A stretch of 64,000 nt of DNA from the human T2T-CHM13v2.0 reference genome, Homo sapiens (GCF_009914755.1 NC_060947.1), one strand, 5' to 3'; positions 1 to 17,029 are shown, counted from the stretch's first letter. Numbers and translations are program-made. The notes: generated from the sequence alone by a model not told the origin.

Positions 1-685
1 GTGATCATTGCAATGCAGAGCTGTAAACCTTTTCCCTATTAAAGCTAGAACTATTTTCAGCAACTTTCAATGCTTTTAAACTTTGTTTTCCAAGTTTTGT
101 TATCTCTATAATAATTATTCTTCCTGTGATGGGTGGTGGGAATGGGACCTGGAATAGGTCCTATTCATTATTCATTCCCATGATGACTATATAATATATT
201 GAATTTTTTTACATCATACAATCAAGCAAATTTGGTAGCTAGTGTGATTGCCACATATTGCAATCATTGTAAAAAATAAAAACTCTTTTCTGCTCTGCCT
301 ATGCTGGTGTCCTCTAGAGGTAGCCAACATACAGATTGAAAACTCATGGGGAATTGAAGTGCTTTCCAACAAAAGGTGCTGTATATAGATCTTTTCAATT
401 TAACATCTTTACCAAAGAATTTTGTTGTTGCCTGCTATTTCCAAGGGGACTGTGCTTGAGAGACTGCTTCCATTTCTTTTATCACTCTGACTTCACTTAC
501 CAAGAAAAGTCATTTATTGCTGATTGCAGAACTCTTGAACTCAGCCGGGCAGCTGCCGCATGAACTCCTCAGATCTGAGTTCCTTGTTACTTATTTACAT
601 TTTCATTTGAAGTGATTTTTCAGGACTATTTGAAAACCTTTCTCAACCTAACATCATGTAATAGCAAAGATCTAAAACTTACCAT

Positions 686-716
686 GCTTTTGGTCCTTTT
701 TCTGTTTGTCTTACAG
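686..716 (+). promoter_or_regulatory. DIAPH2: 3' splice acceptor of the DIAPH2 terminal exon
   Basis: Polypyrimidine tract (cttttggtcctttttctgtttgtc) followed by TTACAG, with the AG at 715-716. Confidence 0.9.
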
Positions 717-781
717 ATAACAGACGAGTACCTTTGGAAAGGTCACGCTCTCGCCACAATGGAGCTATCTCATCTAAGTGA
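717..781 (+). CDS. DIAPH2: Last coding exon of diaphanous-related formin 2, long (DIA-156-type) isoform
   Basis: Read in phase 1: (x)AT AAC AGA CGA GTA CCT TTG GAA AGG TCA CGC TCT CGC CAC AAT GGA GCT ATC TCA TCT AAG TGA = (D)NRRVPLERSRSRHNGAISSK*. This matches my recollection of the DIAPH2 C-terminus after the DAD motif (...RIPRNP-DNRRVPLERSRSRHNGAISSK). Strong acceptor upstream. Too short for the ORF track. Confidence 0.9.
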
Positions 782-1451
782 TTCCTGATGCCAAAGAATA
801 TGAAAATATTTAAGTAAAAACAAAATGATGCATTTTGAGAAGAACAAAGTGTGCACTCAGCGGCTGGAAAGGAAATAAGTGCATTTCTGCAAAGATCAAG
901 ATAAGCTGGATGAAGTAGTGTGCATTTGTAATACTATTGCAAGACTCCTCCCACAATTATTCTAATCTGAACACAGTTATCAGGATTACAAAATGTGTTC
1001 CATTTTAGTGTAAAGATGTGTATCATTTGTAATTGTGTGTGACCTGACTGTGATGATGGAAGTGTAAGAAATTGAAGAGTTCTAAGGCTTTCAAAAACAC
1101 TCAGTCAAAAATTTAAAATCTTAAATGTGTAAGTCACCCCCACCAAAAAACAAAAGAGAAGAAAAAGAATAGAAAGAATTATCCAGTGTCAGCTTCCAAT
1201 CCCTAGTACATATATAATAGAAAAGGGCCAAGAAAAATATGCATCTTGATTTGGAGAGAGGCTAATATTATGCACACTGTAAGAGAAGCCATTTTGGAAA
1301 TTCACGAAAGTACTGCTCCACCCCAGTTGAGTTATTTAGAATTTTATCTCAAGTGAAAGCTGATGGATTCATCTGCTTTGGCTGAAATTAAACTTATCAT
1401 TAGTCTAGCTAGCATTTCAGCATGATATTGCAAGCACTTCTCATTGCTAAA

Positions 1452-1461
1452 AATAAATAAA
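1452..1461 (+). terminator. Proximal polyadenylation signal (two overlapping AATAAA)
   Basis: AATAAATAAA = AATAAA at 1452 and 1456; T-rich sequence downstream. Confidence 0.55.
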
Positions 1462-2040
1462 CCAAAGTTTAACCGAATCAGTTAGGGAAAGTGATTTAAA
1501 CTTTATTTAAAGAGGTATTTTCTAATTATGCACAGATATCTACTTTATACAAATACTTTATATGGCTATTTTTGAGAAAACCCTCACATTTTAATGTTTA
1601 TGCTAGGGATGAACCTGAAAATTCTATTACGTTTATTTAGATTTCAAAGGCAAATATTGATTCCTATGCTCTGTGGTTTATTTCTTTTTTCTATTGCTTC
1701 TTTCTCCCTTGAGTCCCTTGAAGGCAGGGAATAGACTTCTAGAAAACCTGAGAGGAAAAAGAATTCTTTTTACAGGAGGCAGCAGAAAACTGTCTGAAAG
1801 GTCAATTGTTTTATCTCCCTTTCCACTCTCTTTCCAATTTCACTTTGGTGGTCTGAAGAAGAAAAAGAAATTTTATGTATGTATGTGTAAATATGTGTAT
1901 ATATTTCTATCTCTTGCTACAATAATTCCAACTAAGTGAACTTCTCAATTATCATCATACTTACTTACCTTATATTAACAAATTAAGATGATGCTGCCAA
2001 AACAAGTCTAGCAGGGAAAACAGGTTCTACATTTTTCTTA

Positions 2041-2046
2041 AATAAA
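2041..2046 (+). terminator. Intermediate candidate polyadenylation signal
   Basis: AATAAA with GT-rich ttgtctgtct about 25 nt downstream. Confidence 0.4.
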
Positions 2047-3205
2047 TTAGGGAGTAAAAGTTATACTTAACTTGTCTGTCTATTATTTTAAAATATGCAT
2101 TGAAATAATGTGGTATAACTTCTCTGGAGTGCAATTTTAAGTCTAATTCATGCAGATGATTGATTGTGATTATTGTAAGAAATTTCTTACATGTATATTT
2201 CTTATGTAGAAAATAATACTGTTTCTACTCATTCAAAGCACATTGTAGATATTCAGAGAGAAGAACAAATGGCTGGCTTGGCAAATCCCCATCTGAGATA
2301 AAGTAAACAAGTGACCAGCAGCCCACAGATGATTCCTTTATATAGATGTATAATGATTCAAACTGCTGCCTTTGCCTCCAGTGCATCCTTACTTAGGTAT
2401 TATACTTCTTTAAAAAGCTCTGAAGCTGCTACAATAGAAAAATCAAAAAGGGTAACAGTATCTGAAATTTCACAGTCCTATCCGATCTGAAAACACACAT
2501 ACACAAATGCACACACATGCACACACACATTTAAGGGACATAGCAGTAACACTGTTTTTTAACAACAACAAAAGTTTAGGTTCTAATTTATGTAAATACC
2601 TAGTATGTGTATTTTTGACTTTACAAAGTCTTTCTTTTCTGAAATCTTCGTGGTATGGCTTTTTTAATTCTTTTGACAGCTTATCAGTCTGTAGGAGAAT
2701 GATCTTGAAATGTTAACCCTGACTAAAATTTGGGAGCATATGCCTTGCTATATTATCAAGCTGGTCAAGGTAGAAATACTGATATGTATCATCACCTTTT
2801 CCAGATACAAACTTGCCTTATTTTCTAGTTTGTGAACAAGAACGAATGAAGTACTATTATTGATAACTTATATATTTTTATTTAGAGCAATCCCACATGC
2901 TTTTCACAAACATTAAAAAAAAAAACCTTTCAGGGTCTTTCATGAAGTTCCAATAGTTGAGTGAGTTAAAAGGTTTGTTTCCCAGATTTGTAATGGTCCT
3001 GCTCTAGCCATTTGCAGTTTTGTTTTAGATGATTGGAAAGTATATCACCAAAAAAAGTATATAGTGACATTTTTAGTATGAAACCAAATTACACTAAGGT
3101 CTTTTGTTGGCCATATTACTGCCACACATGAGAAGCACCATTTATGCAGATTTTCTTCAGAATATTTTTAAAAGGTACAGAATCCTTAAAATATTAACAA
3201 CTAAT

Positions 3206-3646
3206 TGCATCCATCATCTCCTTTGGCTGCTGTAACAAATTACCACCAATAATATGATGGCTTAACACAACAGAAACTTATTTGCTTACATTTTTGAAGG
3301 GCAGCAAAGCCATGCTCCCTCCAGAGGCTCTAGAGGAGAATCTTTCCTTGCCACGTCCACCTTTTGGTGGCTATTGGCATTTTTTGGCTTATGGCCACAT
3401 TTCTCTTTCTGCTGTGTCTTCACATCACCCTCCTCTGTATACCTAATCTGCCTCTGCCTCTGTTTAATAAGGATCCTTATGATGACTTTTAGGGACTACC
3501 CAGATTACTCCAGGATAATCTCCTCACCTCATGAGTCTTAACTTAATTACATCTGCAAGGCCCCCTTCTCCAAATAAGATAAATTCATGGTTTTGGGGAT
3601 TAGGATGTGGCTATGTCTTTTAGGAAGCCACTCTTAGCCCACCAGA
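3206..3646 (-). mobile_element. MLT1C-type MaLR LTR (3' LTR of a full-length element)
   Basis: gctgctgtaacaaattacc...cttaacttaattacatctgcaa...ccaaataag matches the reverse complement of the MLT1C consensus. A purine-rich PPT-like stretch is adjacent on the minus strand. Confidence 0.8.
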
Positions 3647-5440
<1,794 letters not shown>

Positions 5441-5897
5441 TGCATTAGATTCCCATGGCTGCTGTAACAAATTACCCTCTAGCCCAGTGGCTTAAAACAA
5501 TAGAAATTTATTATCTTGTTGTTTTGGAGGCCAAAAGTCCAAAATTGAGGGGTTGGCAGGGCTGAACGTCTTCTGGAGACTCTAAGGGAAACACTCTTCC
5601 CGTGTCTTCCAGTTTCTTGTGGCTGCCATCATTCCTTGGTTTGTGACTGCATCTCCCTCTCCTCTGTCTTCACATCACTTCCCCTCTGTATATATAATCT
5701 ACCTCTGCCTCTCTCTTATAAGGACACTTGTGACGGGACTTAGGGCCCATCCAGATTACCCATGATAATTCCCTTATTCCAAGATTCTTAATTATATCTG
5801 AAAGGACCTTTTTTCCAAATAAGGTACTATCACAGGTTCCAGGGAGTAGGATATTGAATATCTTTTTTGGGGAGGGGGCACCATGCAGCTCACTACA
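5441..5897 (-). mobile_element. MLT1C-type MaLR LTR (5' LTR of a full-length element)
   Basis: TG...CA ends; homologous to 3206-3646. The flanks CTAAT (3201-3205) and CTATT (5898-5902) form a 4/5 target-site duplication. Confidence 0.85.
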
Positions 5898-6443
5898 CTA
5901 TTCATTGCACACAAATGAATTTTTCACTTTTTAAGATGCATTCTTGGTGCTCAAACCAGATCGAAGTTTGTCTCTAAAAGCTATTGTCTGCACAGGCTGC
6001 TGCATGCTCTGTTGTTAAATGGATGGACAGGCTATTCTAAATTTTGGTTGATACTTTTGCTACTATGGGCAATTAACTTGAAAAAAATAATCGATCCCAA
6101 CTCTGTGCTCTGATGTACCTCTTCTGCCCCTTTTATGACACCTTTGACCAAATGCCTTCTATGGTTCACAGTGCAGGCACAAAACTACCTCTGATACAGA
6201 AGGGTTCTTTACAAGCTTATTTTACATACCGTGAATCCCTCACCTAAAGGGAGAGGTGAAAGCAAAGACTGCTTTGAATGGGTATTGAGGGAGATTGTGT
6301 CCATACCAAGCCACCCTGAAGAAGTATTTCACTTGCAGTAGAACTGTGGATTTGTGCTGTCATTTCACCTTGGAATAAACACCTATCTCTAAGCAGGACC
6401 AAGAATGACTTGCAATCTATATGTAATGGCTACTTACTTATTC

Positions 6444-6449
6444 AATAAA
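6444..6449 (+). terminator. Distal polyadenylation signal
   Basis: AATAAA with upstream TGTA (6422) and downstream GT-rich tgttgtg (~6468). A second AATAAA lies at 6374-6379. Confidence 0.7.
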
Positions 6450-7659
6450 GTTAAGATATACGTTAAATGTTGTGCTGCCTATGATAATTAAGATTAAAGA
6501 CAAGTGAAAAGGCATGAACTATCGCGGGGGAGAAGCTTCAACCAAACAGAAGTGCAGGAGTGCTTTTGTATGTGCCTGGTCCAGTGGAGATCATGGGATC
6601 ATATTAAAAACATACTTGTAGGAATCATAAGGTTTTCTTTAGCACTGCTTGCCAGAGTAGTGGAGATATGGTACAACTGAAAAGTTTAGAAACATCAGAA
6701 GGGTGATTTACACGCTCCAGAGAAACTGTTTCAACAGAGAAGTTTTTCGTTTTGTTTTGTTTTTTGTTCTGTTTTGGTATTGAGTATAGAATTAAGCAAG
6801 TGGGCTTCAAATGCTTAGAAGGGTAAAAATCTGGAATGAGTAATAAAAGGACTGTAGATTATTATTTTCTGGAGAGCCTTCAATAGAATAGCTCATCATG
6901 GGTGGGGTGACTTGAAGATGAAGGTCTGGACAACGTAATAACCAGGTCTATAAATAATACAATCAGAAACATTTGTTTCCAAGGCAAACCAAAGACCATT
7001 GTTTCCCTTGGAATGGTTTACATCAGGAATCAAATACATTGGCTTTTTCTCCCCCATGAGACCCAAATAGGCAAATTCCTTAATAGGAAGTCTGAAAACG
7101 TTAGTATCCACAACTAGGAGAATTTGAGCTTAAGGCCAAGAGCTCAAAGGAAAGATGGAAATCCAGAAATTAATATACATGCAATGCATGTAACATGCTA
7201 TATAGTTTTGATGATTTATAATAAAAAGAAAGCTATAGCCAAATATCTCATTTACAGACTGAATTTATTTAGATGTCCAGAGTCCCAGTGGCCACAAATA
7301 AAATATTATTACAGTTAGTGTCCATTTCAGAAAAAACAACTTGCAAATATATGAATTATGCAAATCATAACTTTGTTCCTAGTTCTTGGAGATGAGCCAG
7401 AGTTCAATCTTTAGCCATGATGACCTTATATCTTCGATAATAGCAGTTCAGCTAATATTTTCACCTATATCTTGGCTAATTGAGGTTCAGCCATCACCTT
7501 TTGATGTTTATGAGCAAAGTGTAAACACTATTATCCTATTATTTGACATAATAATAAATAATATAAAACCCCTCGACTTCTCTACTTTGTTAAAGTCTGC
7601 CCCCACCCCCACTCCCCAGTGGGGCTGTTCTAATCATTGAGTGTCCATTTGATGCAAGC

Positions 7660-8759
<1,100 letters not shown>

Positions 8760-8924
8760 GCTATGATCCTATTATCTGTACTGTTGAATGGCTCATGCAA
8801 GCCTTATAAGCAAGTAGCATCAAATCATAGAGACATGAAGCAGACAGGAGAACATGATTTCTGCACAACTTATTCAGTAATATTATAGTGATTATGGTAA
8901 TAAGAGCAAGGGTAAGATCTCTAG

Positions 8925-9025
8925 GTTGCTTTCTTTTCCTTTCCTTTCCTTCCCCACCCCCTTTCAGTTCCCTTCCCTTTTCTTCCCTTTTCTTTTCTTT
9001 TCTTTTCCTTTCTCTTCCTTTTTTT
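8925..9025. repeat. CT-rich low-complexity tract
   Basis: Nearly pure pyrimidine (ttcct/ttttc units). Confidence 0.85.
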
Positions 9026-9949
9026 AAAACAACACTGAAAGCCAAAACATTGTATGGCTGTTCAAAGAAAGAAAAAACTGACAAAAGACTGAGTGCACAT
9101 TAAAATATACTGATTCAGCTTTGGTTTCATACCGTCAGGAAAGAAAGATATTTAGATAAAGTATAATTTATGGGGAAAGCTTCAATTAGTTCATAGCTAG
9201 GCCTTCTTAAGTGTCTGGTTAATATTTTAAGCTGTACATTTAAGAGGTTCTTGAACAATTATTATTTTCTAAAAGAACAGCAGATTCTCTGTTTTACTAT
9301 GGTCCCAGTAATCTCTTAGACTTTCAAACTGTGCCCAAGTCTATTCCCTTTATGCTAAATGTCTTTCTACTCAAATAACTCTAAGACTTCCCTCCTAGGA
9401 CATTCAGATGCCGGGTCATGTGACACTGAATGGCTTTATTTTGGCTAATATTGTGTTATTCCAGAATGAGGCCTGTTTTATGAATCTGCTCTATCTCCTT
9501 CCACCCCAAATACCTTGTGTTGCCATCCCTCCATTTTCCTACAAAAACTCAAATATCACAATGGGAATTAAATTGAAAGTACCTAAGTACTATGAATTTT
9601 CTTTTTGAACAAGTCTCGGAAACCTATGGCATATAATAGCACAGTGGCCTCGACTTTTGGACAAAAATCGAGTAATGGAGTGCTTTATCTGGCTGAACAA
9701 CTGGTAGCACTTAATGGTGGTGCTTGAGGGAAAGAGGGAGGGGAAATGAAAGGGGTCATGTACTAAGGCCCCTAGCAGAATTCAGTATAACGATAAAAAT
9801 AAAAACGTCTTCCAGATGTCAATGACTTTTTTACTTCAGAGCATCTGTGATAACAAAGCTGACTTGCTATGACCTTACATCTTGTAGTACTTTGTATTAT
9901 TGTAAGGACTTCACTTTTAACATCCATTATCCATCATCACATTTCCTCT

Positions 9950-11330
9950 CAGTCTACAAACAAACATCTTTAAGGTTCCACCATACTATTAAACAACAAC
10001 CTTCAAGCTGTGACTCTTCTTCAAGGCTACCAATGACCCACCTAACTGCCAAATCCTACGAATGCTTCTGAATCCTCATCCCACTTATTTTCTCTCATGT
10101 CTTCCACCAAGTGTACCTAGCCCTGTCTTCCCCTACCTCTCAGAAAACTCATTCCCCTTTATCAGTGGTTGTCTTCAAATGACCCCTAAATATAGGCATT
10201 CTTTTATTTTATTTCACTAGGTTTTGGGAGAGCAGGTGATGTTTGGTTACATGGGTAAGTTCTTTAGTGGTGATTTCTGAGATTTTGGTGCACGCATCAC
10301 CCGAGCATTGTACACTGTACCCAATTTGTAGTCCTTTATTCCTCACCCTCCCCCCACCCTTCGCCCCAAATCTTCAAAGTCTATTATATCATTCTTATGA
10401 ATAGGCATTATTGTTAGTTGCCTTCATTTGTGTTCTCTTCACCTTCCAGGGTCATCTTAGCCATATCCACAGCTTCAAGAATTTCTTTCATGGAGATGAC
10501 TCTGAGATCTCTCCTGGACCCCAAAACCACCTTCCCACCGAAAAGGATAGCTCACACACTAAACTCCGTATATTCCCAACCAAATATGTTCTTCTCCAGC
10601 AAACTTATTTTTCCATCCAGGTCAGTCACCTGTCTCAGTATTGGCATTAGCCTTTTCCCAATTTCTATAGCTAGAAACTCTGGAAGCATTTTGTATTATT
10701 CCCTCTCCCCTAATATCCAGCCAGGCACAGAAGTTGCCCTCCCTGTTTCAGTCTCTTACCTCTTCAACCCATTCTTCACACTCTAGAGAGAGCATCCTAA
10801 AATGCCTTTCTTGGCCCACTTCAAAAATCTTTGATTGTTCTCCCTAATTAATGAAACCAGTGCAGCCTTCAAAGGTCTCAGGAGCAGACCCAAGCATAAC
10901 TTTGACGCCTCTTCTACCTCATTCCTTAAGCCATGCCACACAGGAGTTATCATTGGAAAATGCCAATACTAAACATATGATTAAGTCACTGACTGTGTAT
11001 ATACCTTCATGCCATTATACACACATGCACTTTGCTCTGACTGTTATGGCCTCACTGCCCAGCCTCACCCTTTTTCTCCTATCAATCCTTCAAGGACCAA
11101 TGCTGCCTTTCTGAAGCCTTTCTTAATTTTTCTTCCCCCACTAAAATAAATTGTGTTATCTATGCTCCCACAGCAATTTGTTCATACCTCTATTCTGGCC
11201 TTTGTTTCATTCTGCCTTCTACTACAGTTGTCTGTGTCCTTGACTAAAGTGTAAGTTCCTTGATGGCAGTGACGGTCTCATTCATCTCTGGGCCTTTACA
11301 CAAAGCAATTGCTCAATGAATTAATGTGTA
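9950..11330 (+). mobile_element. Degenerate L2, interrupted by an L1PB fragment
   Basis: Pyrimidine-rich L2 3' region motifs ending gactaaagtgtaagttccttgatggcag...tgctcaatgaattaatg. Confidence 0.55.
10201..10400 (-). mobile_element. 5'-truncated L1PB 3' end with 9-bp TSD
   Basis: gtttggttacatgggtaagttctttagtggtgatttctgagattttggtgcac is an L1PB 3' UTR motif. TSD ATAGGCATT at 10192-10200 and 10401-10409. Confidence 0.85.
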
Positions 11331-12739
11331 GTGTCAACTCTCAGGGAATTAAACAAATGAAAAGGAATGTTTGCTACAGGTAATGGAAAATCATAGCTAA
11401 TTTCCTCATCCAGGTGAGAACATAGCCTTCATCACTGTCCTGGGAACTGAGGACCTGCCTAAGGTCAGCATTAAGGACAAACTCCCCGAACTGTGTTTAG
11501 CTGGAAGTTGACTTTAGAGGAGTACTTTCAGGAGGTGAGGAAGGATTGAAGACAAGTAGGAAGTTTTTTTCCTCCAAGGTCAAGCTTTTAACAAGTGCCT
11601 GCAATGTACACTGAGGGATTTGGCTGTACTCCAATTATGCTAATATGTTTTATATATGGGCCTCCAGCATCCAGGAACCACCTCCCTCAACAATTTAATA
11701 AGTGTAAATATCAAGGCAGAGTTGTAAATGTGGAACTTATTTGTAATGTACCAACCTTGTTATTATCAAATGTCACAGGGTATAAGTCATGGCAATTATG
11801 CTGCCTGCTTTTTATTACATTTATTTTACTTTTTAAAAGTGCAGTATATCCTCATAAGCTTCTCCTATTCTGCCCTACCCAAGGAACCTAGTGTGCCTGT
11901 GTGTTCTGGAGTCACAGAAGGCAGAAAATTTAGAGTCACAGGATTAATGGGCATCCCTAGTAAGAAAGCGACCTCGTGAATCATTGACTCCACGCACTGA
12001 CACCATACCTCTACATTAGGCTTCACTGTGTATTTCAACAATTCAAGTTGTGAGACCTTGTGAGTTTCTCCATACAAGAGATTTCATGATTTAAAGCACA
12101 GAATTGTTCCTTCCTCCAGCTTCCTACCATCTGAGTGTGCAGATGTGTGTGTGTGGTCCTGTCATGGGAAAGTTGGTCATTTTGCACAAAGCCTTCAAAC
12201 TCGATCGGCCAGCTTGGTGTGATACAGTTCAGAGTCACCTCTTCAGTGTTCTGTTGGCAGGTGAAAGTGAGGGGAAGTGGGCCTGATTTTTCTGGTTAGG
12301 ACCAGAAAGGTATCCACTATATCCAGCACATAATTCCCATTTCCCAGTAGTCTCTTTCTCCTCCCACTTCTTACTAAATTGCATCAATCACTCAGAAGCG
12401 GAAGGGTGGGTGAATCTCTTCCTCCATATAACTAAGCATTCTGTGGCAACAGTCCTCTTTTCTTATAGAGGAGTCCTAACCTATCTGCAGGCTTTAGCAG
12501 GCTTCCCTGGTATCAGGCAGAAAACCTGCCAAGCCATAGAAATCTGTTGGCAAGTAGATCTGTTTTTAAGGGGTTTGAAAAGTGCCACTGCTTTCGAAGT
12601 TTCCTCGAAAGAGAAGGACCAAAAAGAAAAAAGTAATACTTCATCCTTGCACCTAGGAGGTACTTTAGTAGTCATATTTCCCCTAAATCAAAGCACCCTC
12701 CTTTGTTTTTGGTTTATGATCCAACAACCTCATAAACAA

Positions 12740-13150
12740 GCTATTCATCTCTTCATCATTCATCCCACAAATATTCATTGAACATCTACTGCATGACAGG
12801 CACTATGCTAGGCACTACATACCAGCAAAAGTAGACGTGTTTTAGGTCTTCATGAGCTTAGTCAAGTGGAGCATGCCAATGGCAAACAAATCAATATGTG
12901 ATTACAGTTGTGTTTAGTGCCTTAGAAGGAAAGACTGCAGATATTGTAGGAGAAAATAATGGTGTGAGAGAGAGTGTGTGTGTGAGTGTGTGTGTGAGTG
13001 TGTGTGTGTGTGTGTGAGTGTGTGTGTGTGTGTGTGTGGTGGAAAGGGAAGGGGCCTAAGTTAGATTGGGTGGTCATGAAAGTCCTCTCTGAAGAAGTGA
13101 TATTTAATTAGAGACCTAAAGGATGAGTAGGAGTCAGCCAGATTAAAAGT
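12740..13150 (-). mobile_element. L2 3' fragment containing a (TG)n microsatellite
   Basis: aatattcattgaacatctactgcatgacaggcactatgctaggcac; TG/GA dinucleotide run at ~12965-13038. Confidence 0.7.
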
Positions 13151-13203
13151 GCGTAATTGTGTAGTCAATGCAAAAAGGAAGTAAAGTCCATATCATGGGA
13201 TAG

Positions 13204-13578
13204 TGTATTTGTCAGCTTTTGCTACGTTGTATGATGGTTAAAAACAACCCCCAAACCTCAATTAGCAAAGGTATGCTGTGGCAGCCACAGGTCATCTGTG
13301 GCACTGCTTCATTGTGTCTTCTTCATTCTAGGATCCTGGCTGAAGGAGAAGCCCTTTTTTTTGGACACGCCAATCTTACGGCAGAGGGAAAAGAGCAAAC
13401 AATGCTGAACCTTGCCACAGCTTTCAATCTTCTGATCATATGTAGTGGAAGTCACTTTGGCTCACATTCCATTGGCAAAAGCAAGTTTTATGACCAAGTT
13501 CATGTCAATTCATCAGGGCACGTGGCAGGAGGCAGGAGGAAAAAAGAATCTATAGAAACAATAACGCAATCTGCCACA
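13204..13578 (-). mobile_element. Old MLT1-family LTR (MLT1J/K-like)
   Basis: tgtatttgtcagcttttgcta...aacaacccccaaacctca...cacattccattggcaaaagcaag...tctgccaca. Confidence 0.55.
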
Positions 13579-13970
13579 GCCCTTGTCTGAGTTCCACCTA
13601 TACCTCTTACTAATAGACGTTACAAACATTTCACTAACTTCTCAGGGCCTCAGTTTCCTCACCTCTACAAATAATGTTTAAAACAACTGAAGAGAACCTA
13701 AGATGGTTTTTCAAGGGTTAGAGCTAGCCCTTAATTTAGGAAGCAACTTGGGGGAACTGAAAATATATAATCTGGAATCTAAGATTTCTCTACATTTACC
13801 CGCAGCATTTTCTTTCAATTACAATGATACAAGGAAGGCGAGTTTTAGCACGCTACCTTGGCCACTAACTAGCTATGTGATCTTGGGCAACTTACTAAAA
13901 CCCTGTGAGCCTTGGACTATTGTAAGGATTGTGTAAAGTAATATATAGGATGAGTACATTTTGTGTATTA

Positions 13971-14960
<990 letters not shown>

Positions 14961-14977
14961 ATCTCCAGGATCTAGAA

Positions 14978-15277
14978 TAGCACCGTCCGGGAGAAATCTA
15001 ATGCAAGCCATGACATGATTTTAAATTATGTAGCAGCTGCATTTTTTAAAATGAGAAACAAGTGAAATTCATTTTAATGTTTCTATTTTCCAAATATCAT
15101 TTTAACATGTAATAAATCTAAAAATTAATAATGAAAAATTTTACATTTGTTCATACTATGTCTTCAAAAATCCATAAGCATTTTACACTTGCAGCGCGTC
15201 TCAATTTGCACACACTAGCCACATGTCCAGTGCTCCATAGCTGCACGTGGCTGGGGCTACAGTACTGGACGGCAGAG
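14978..15277. mobile_element. MER33-like hAT-Charlie DNA transposon
   Basis: Imperfect TIRs (tagcaccgtcc / ggacggcagag) and the ctagccacatgtccagtgctccatagctgcacgtggct motif. Confidence 0.7.
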
Positions 15278-16051
15278 ATCTATCCCCCACCTTGTGGCTC
15301 AAGGCAAGCTCCCACTCGAATTAGCACCTGTGGAAATGCTGCCTTTCAAAGACCCAGCTTCATAGCCTCCAAGAAGTCTTCCCAGATTCTCTCAACTGAA
15401 AGTCATCTTTCCCATTTCCATGCTATACCATACACATTATTTTAGTATATTAATACATTTTCAAATGTTTTGAGTAGATAACACATTCATTTGTCTCAAA
15501 CTCAGAGAGGGTACCGAAGGATATGCATACAACATTCCCAGCCCGTCCCCCTTCCTAGCCAAACTAATTCCTTTCCTTAGAGGCCACCAATGTCATTTGA
15601 TTTTTGTATGATTTTGCAGATAAATCTTACATACATATACACATGTATGTAAACACACATTTCTTCCATCTCTTTTTCAACAAATGGCGGCAAAGTAAAC
15701 TTGCTGTTCTGTACCTTACATTTTTTGCATTTACTAGTTTACCGTAGTGACCATTCCACATGGAACGTACAGTACATGAAATGTTTCATTGAACTTTCCA
15801 CTGCGCATTAAAGATCATTGTATTTGTGTCTGTCTCCCTGACAAGCCTTTTAATTTTTGAAGGGTATACATTTTGTCTTCTTTTCCGTATCCTCGCAAAG
15901 CTCTGCATCCTGGACTCTGGTGCTATACACAATACTCAATAAATATTTATTAAATTGCTCAATCAGAATGATCTTCTTAAAATGCTCTTTTGCATTTGAC
16001 ACTCTCACCCCCAGGAAAATAACATTAACTTCTAATTGCCCACAGCATACT

Positions 16052-16307
16052 TTCTTTCTTTCTTACTTTCTTTTTTTTTTTTTTTTTTTTTGAGACAGAG
16101 TCTCACTCTGTCACCCAGGCTGGAGTGCAGTGGCGCCAGCCCAGCTCACTGCAACCTCCGCCTCCTCGGTTCAAGCAATTCTCCTTGCCTCAGCCTCCCG
16201 AGTAGCTAGAATTACAGGTATGCGCCACCACGCCCGGCTAATTTTTTTGTATTTTTAGTAGAGACAGGGTTTTGCTATGTTGACCAGGCTGGTCTCAAAC
16301 TCCTGAC
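16052..16307 (-). mobile_element. 5'-truncated AluS
   Basis: T-rich tail, right arm and part of the left arm; stops after ctcaaactcctgac. No clear TSD. Confidence 0.9.
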
Positions 16308-17029
16308 ACCTTCACAGTCAGGCCCAACTTTCCTTTCTAGACTAATCTTTACTCCCCAGAAACACACTCTTTGTTTTAAACAAGTCTCCTCACTGGAACT
16401 TTCCCACAGTTGGTATGTATGGACCTATCTACTTCTCTCTCTGTGTGTATATTTTATTCTAATGTCTTCCCAACTAGACTATAATCCCCTGAAAGAGAGG
16501 CAATGTCTAATGCCTTTATTCATCCCAGGACAGTACCTACAACTCCGTGATTCTCATTGCATGCTTGATGGGCTCGTAAATATCTTTCTCTAGGATTTCT
16601 TCCCTCCTTTCCTTTCCCTTGGGCCTGGCCTGCCCCAGGCTGGATGATAATTACCCCGATTGTACATTTCCTTTTGGCAGAGACAGAATACAGTTTGTTT
16701 CTCTAGTTCATTTTTATTTTTAAATCATTCTTTCCTCATTCAAATGATTCTCCAGCCAGAGAAGTTATAGGCAGAGGCAGTGACAAAGGTCAAAGCACAT
16801 AATAAGTGTACTTTCTGAGAGGGAGTTTTTTTTCCCCATTTTAACATTTTTGTCTTGAATTTCAATTACTTAAATCCAAAATCACTGCCTTTTCCTATGT
16901 CTCAAATAATGGAAGCTGCTTTGAGATTCACATCAAAAGCCAACATGGCACTATAATGGCTCTCTAGTGCTTGAATAAAGCCCAGTAGTACTTATAACAG
17001 TATCAGCTCAAAAATGGGAAGCGTTACAA

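Noticed and set aside
717-788. Alternative phase-0 reading of the exon (ITDEYLWKGHALATMELSHLSDS*)
   Set aside because: The phase-1 frame matches the known DIAPH2 C-terminus; a second open frame over 24 codons is expected by chance.
2912-2925. ATTAAA plus an A11 run as a poly(A) site or retrocopy tail
   Set aside because: No TSD or retrocopy body. A genomic A-run that would cause oligo-dT internal-priming artefacts.
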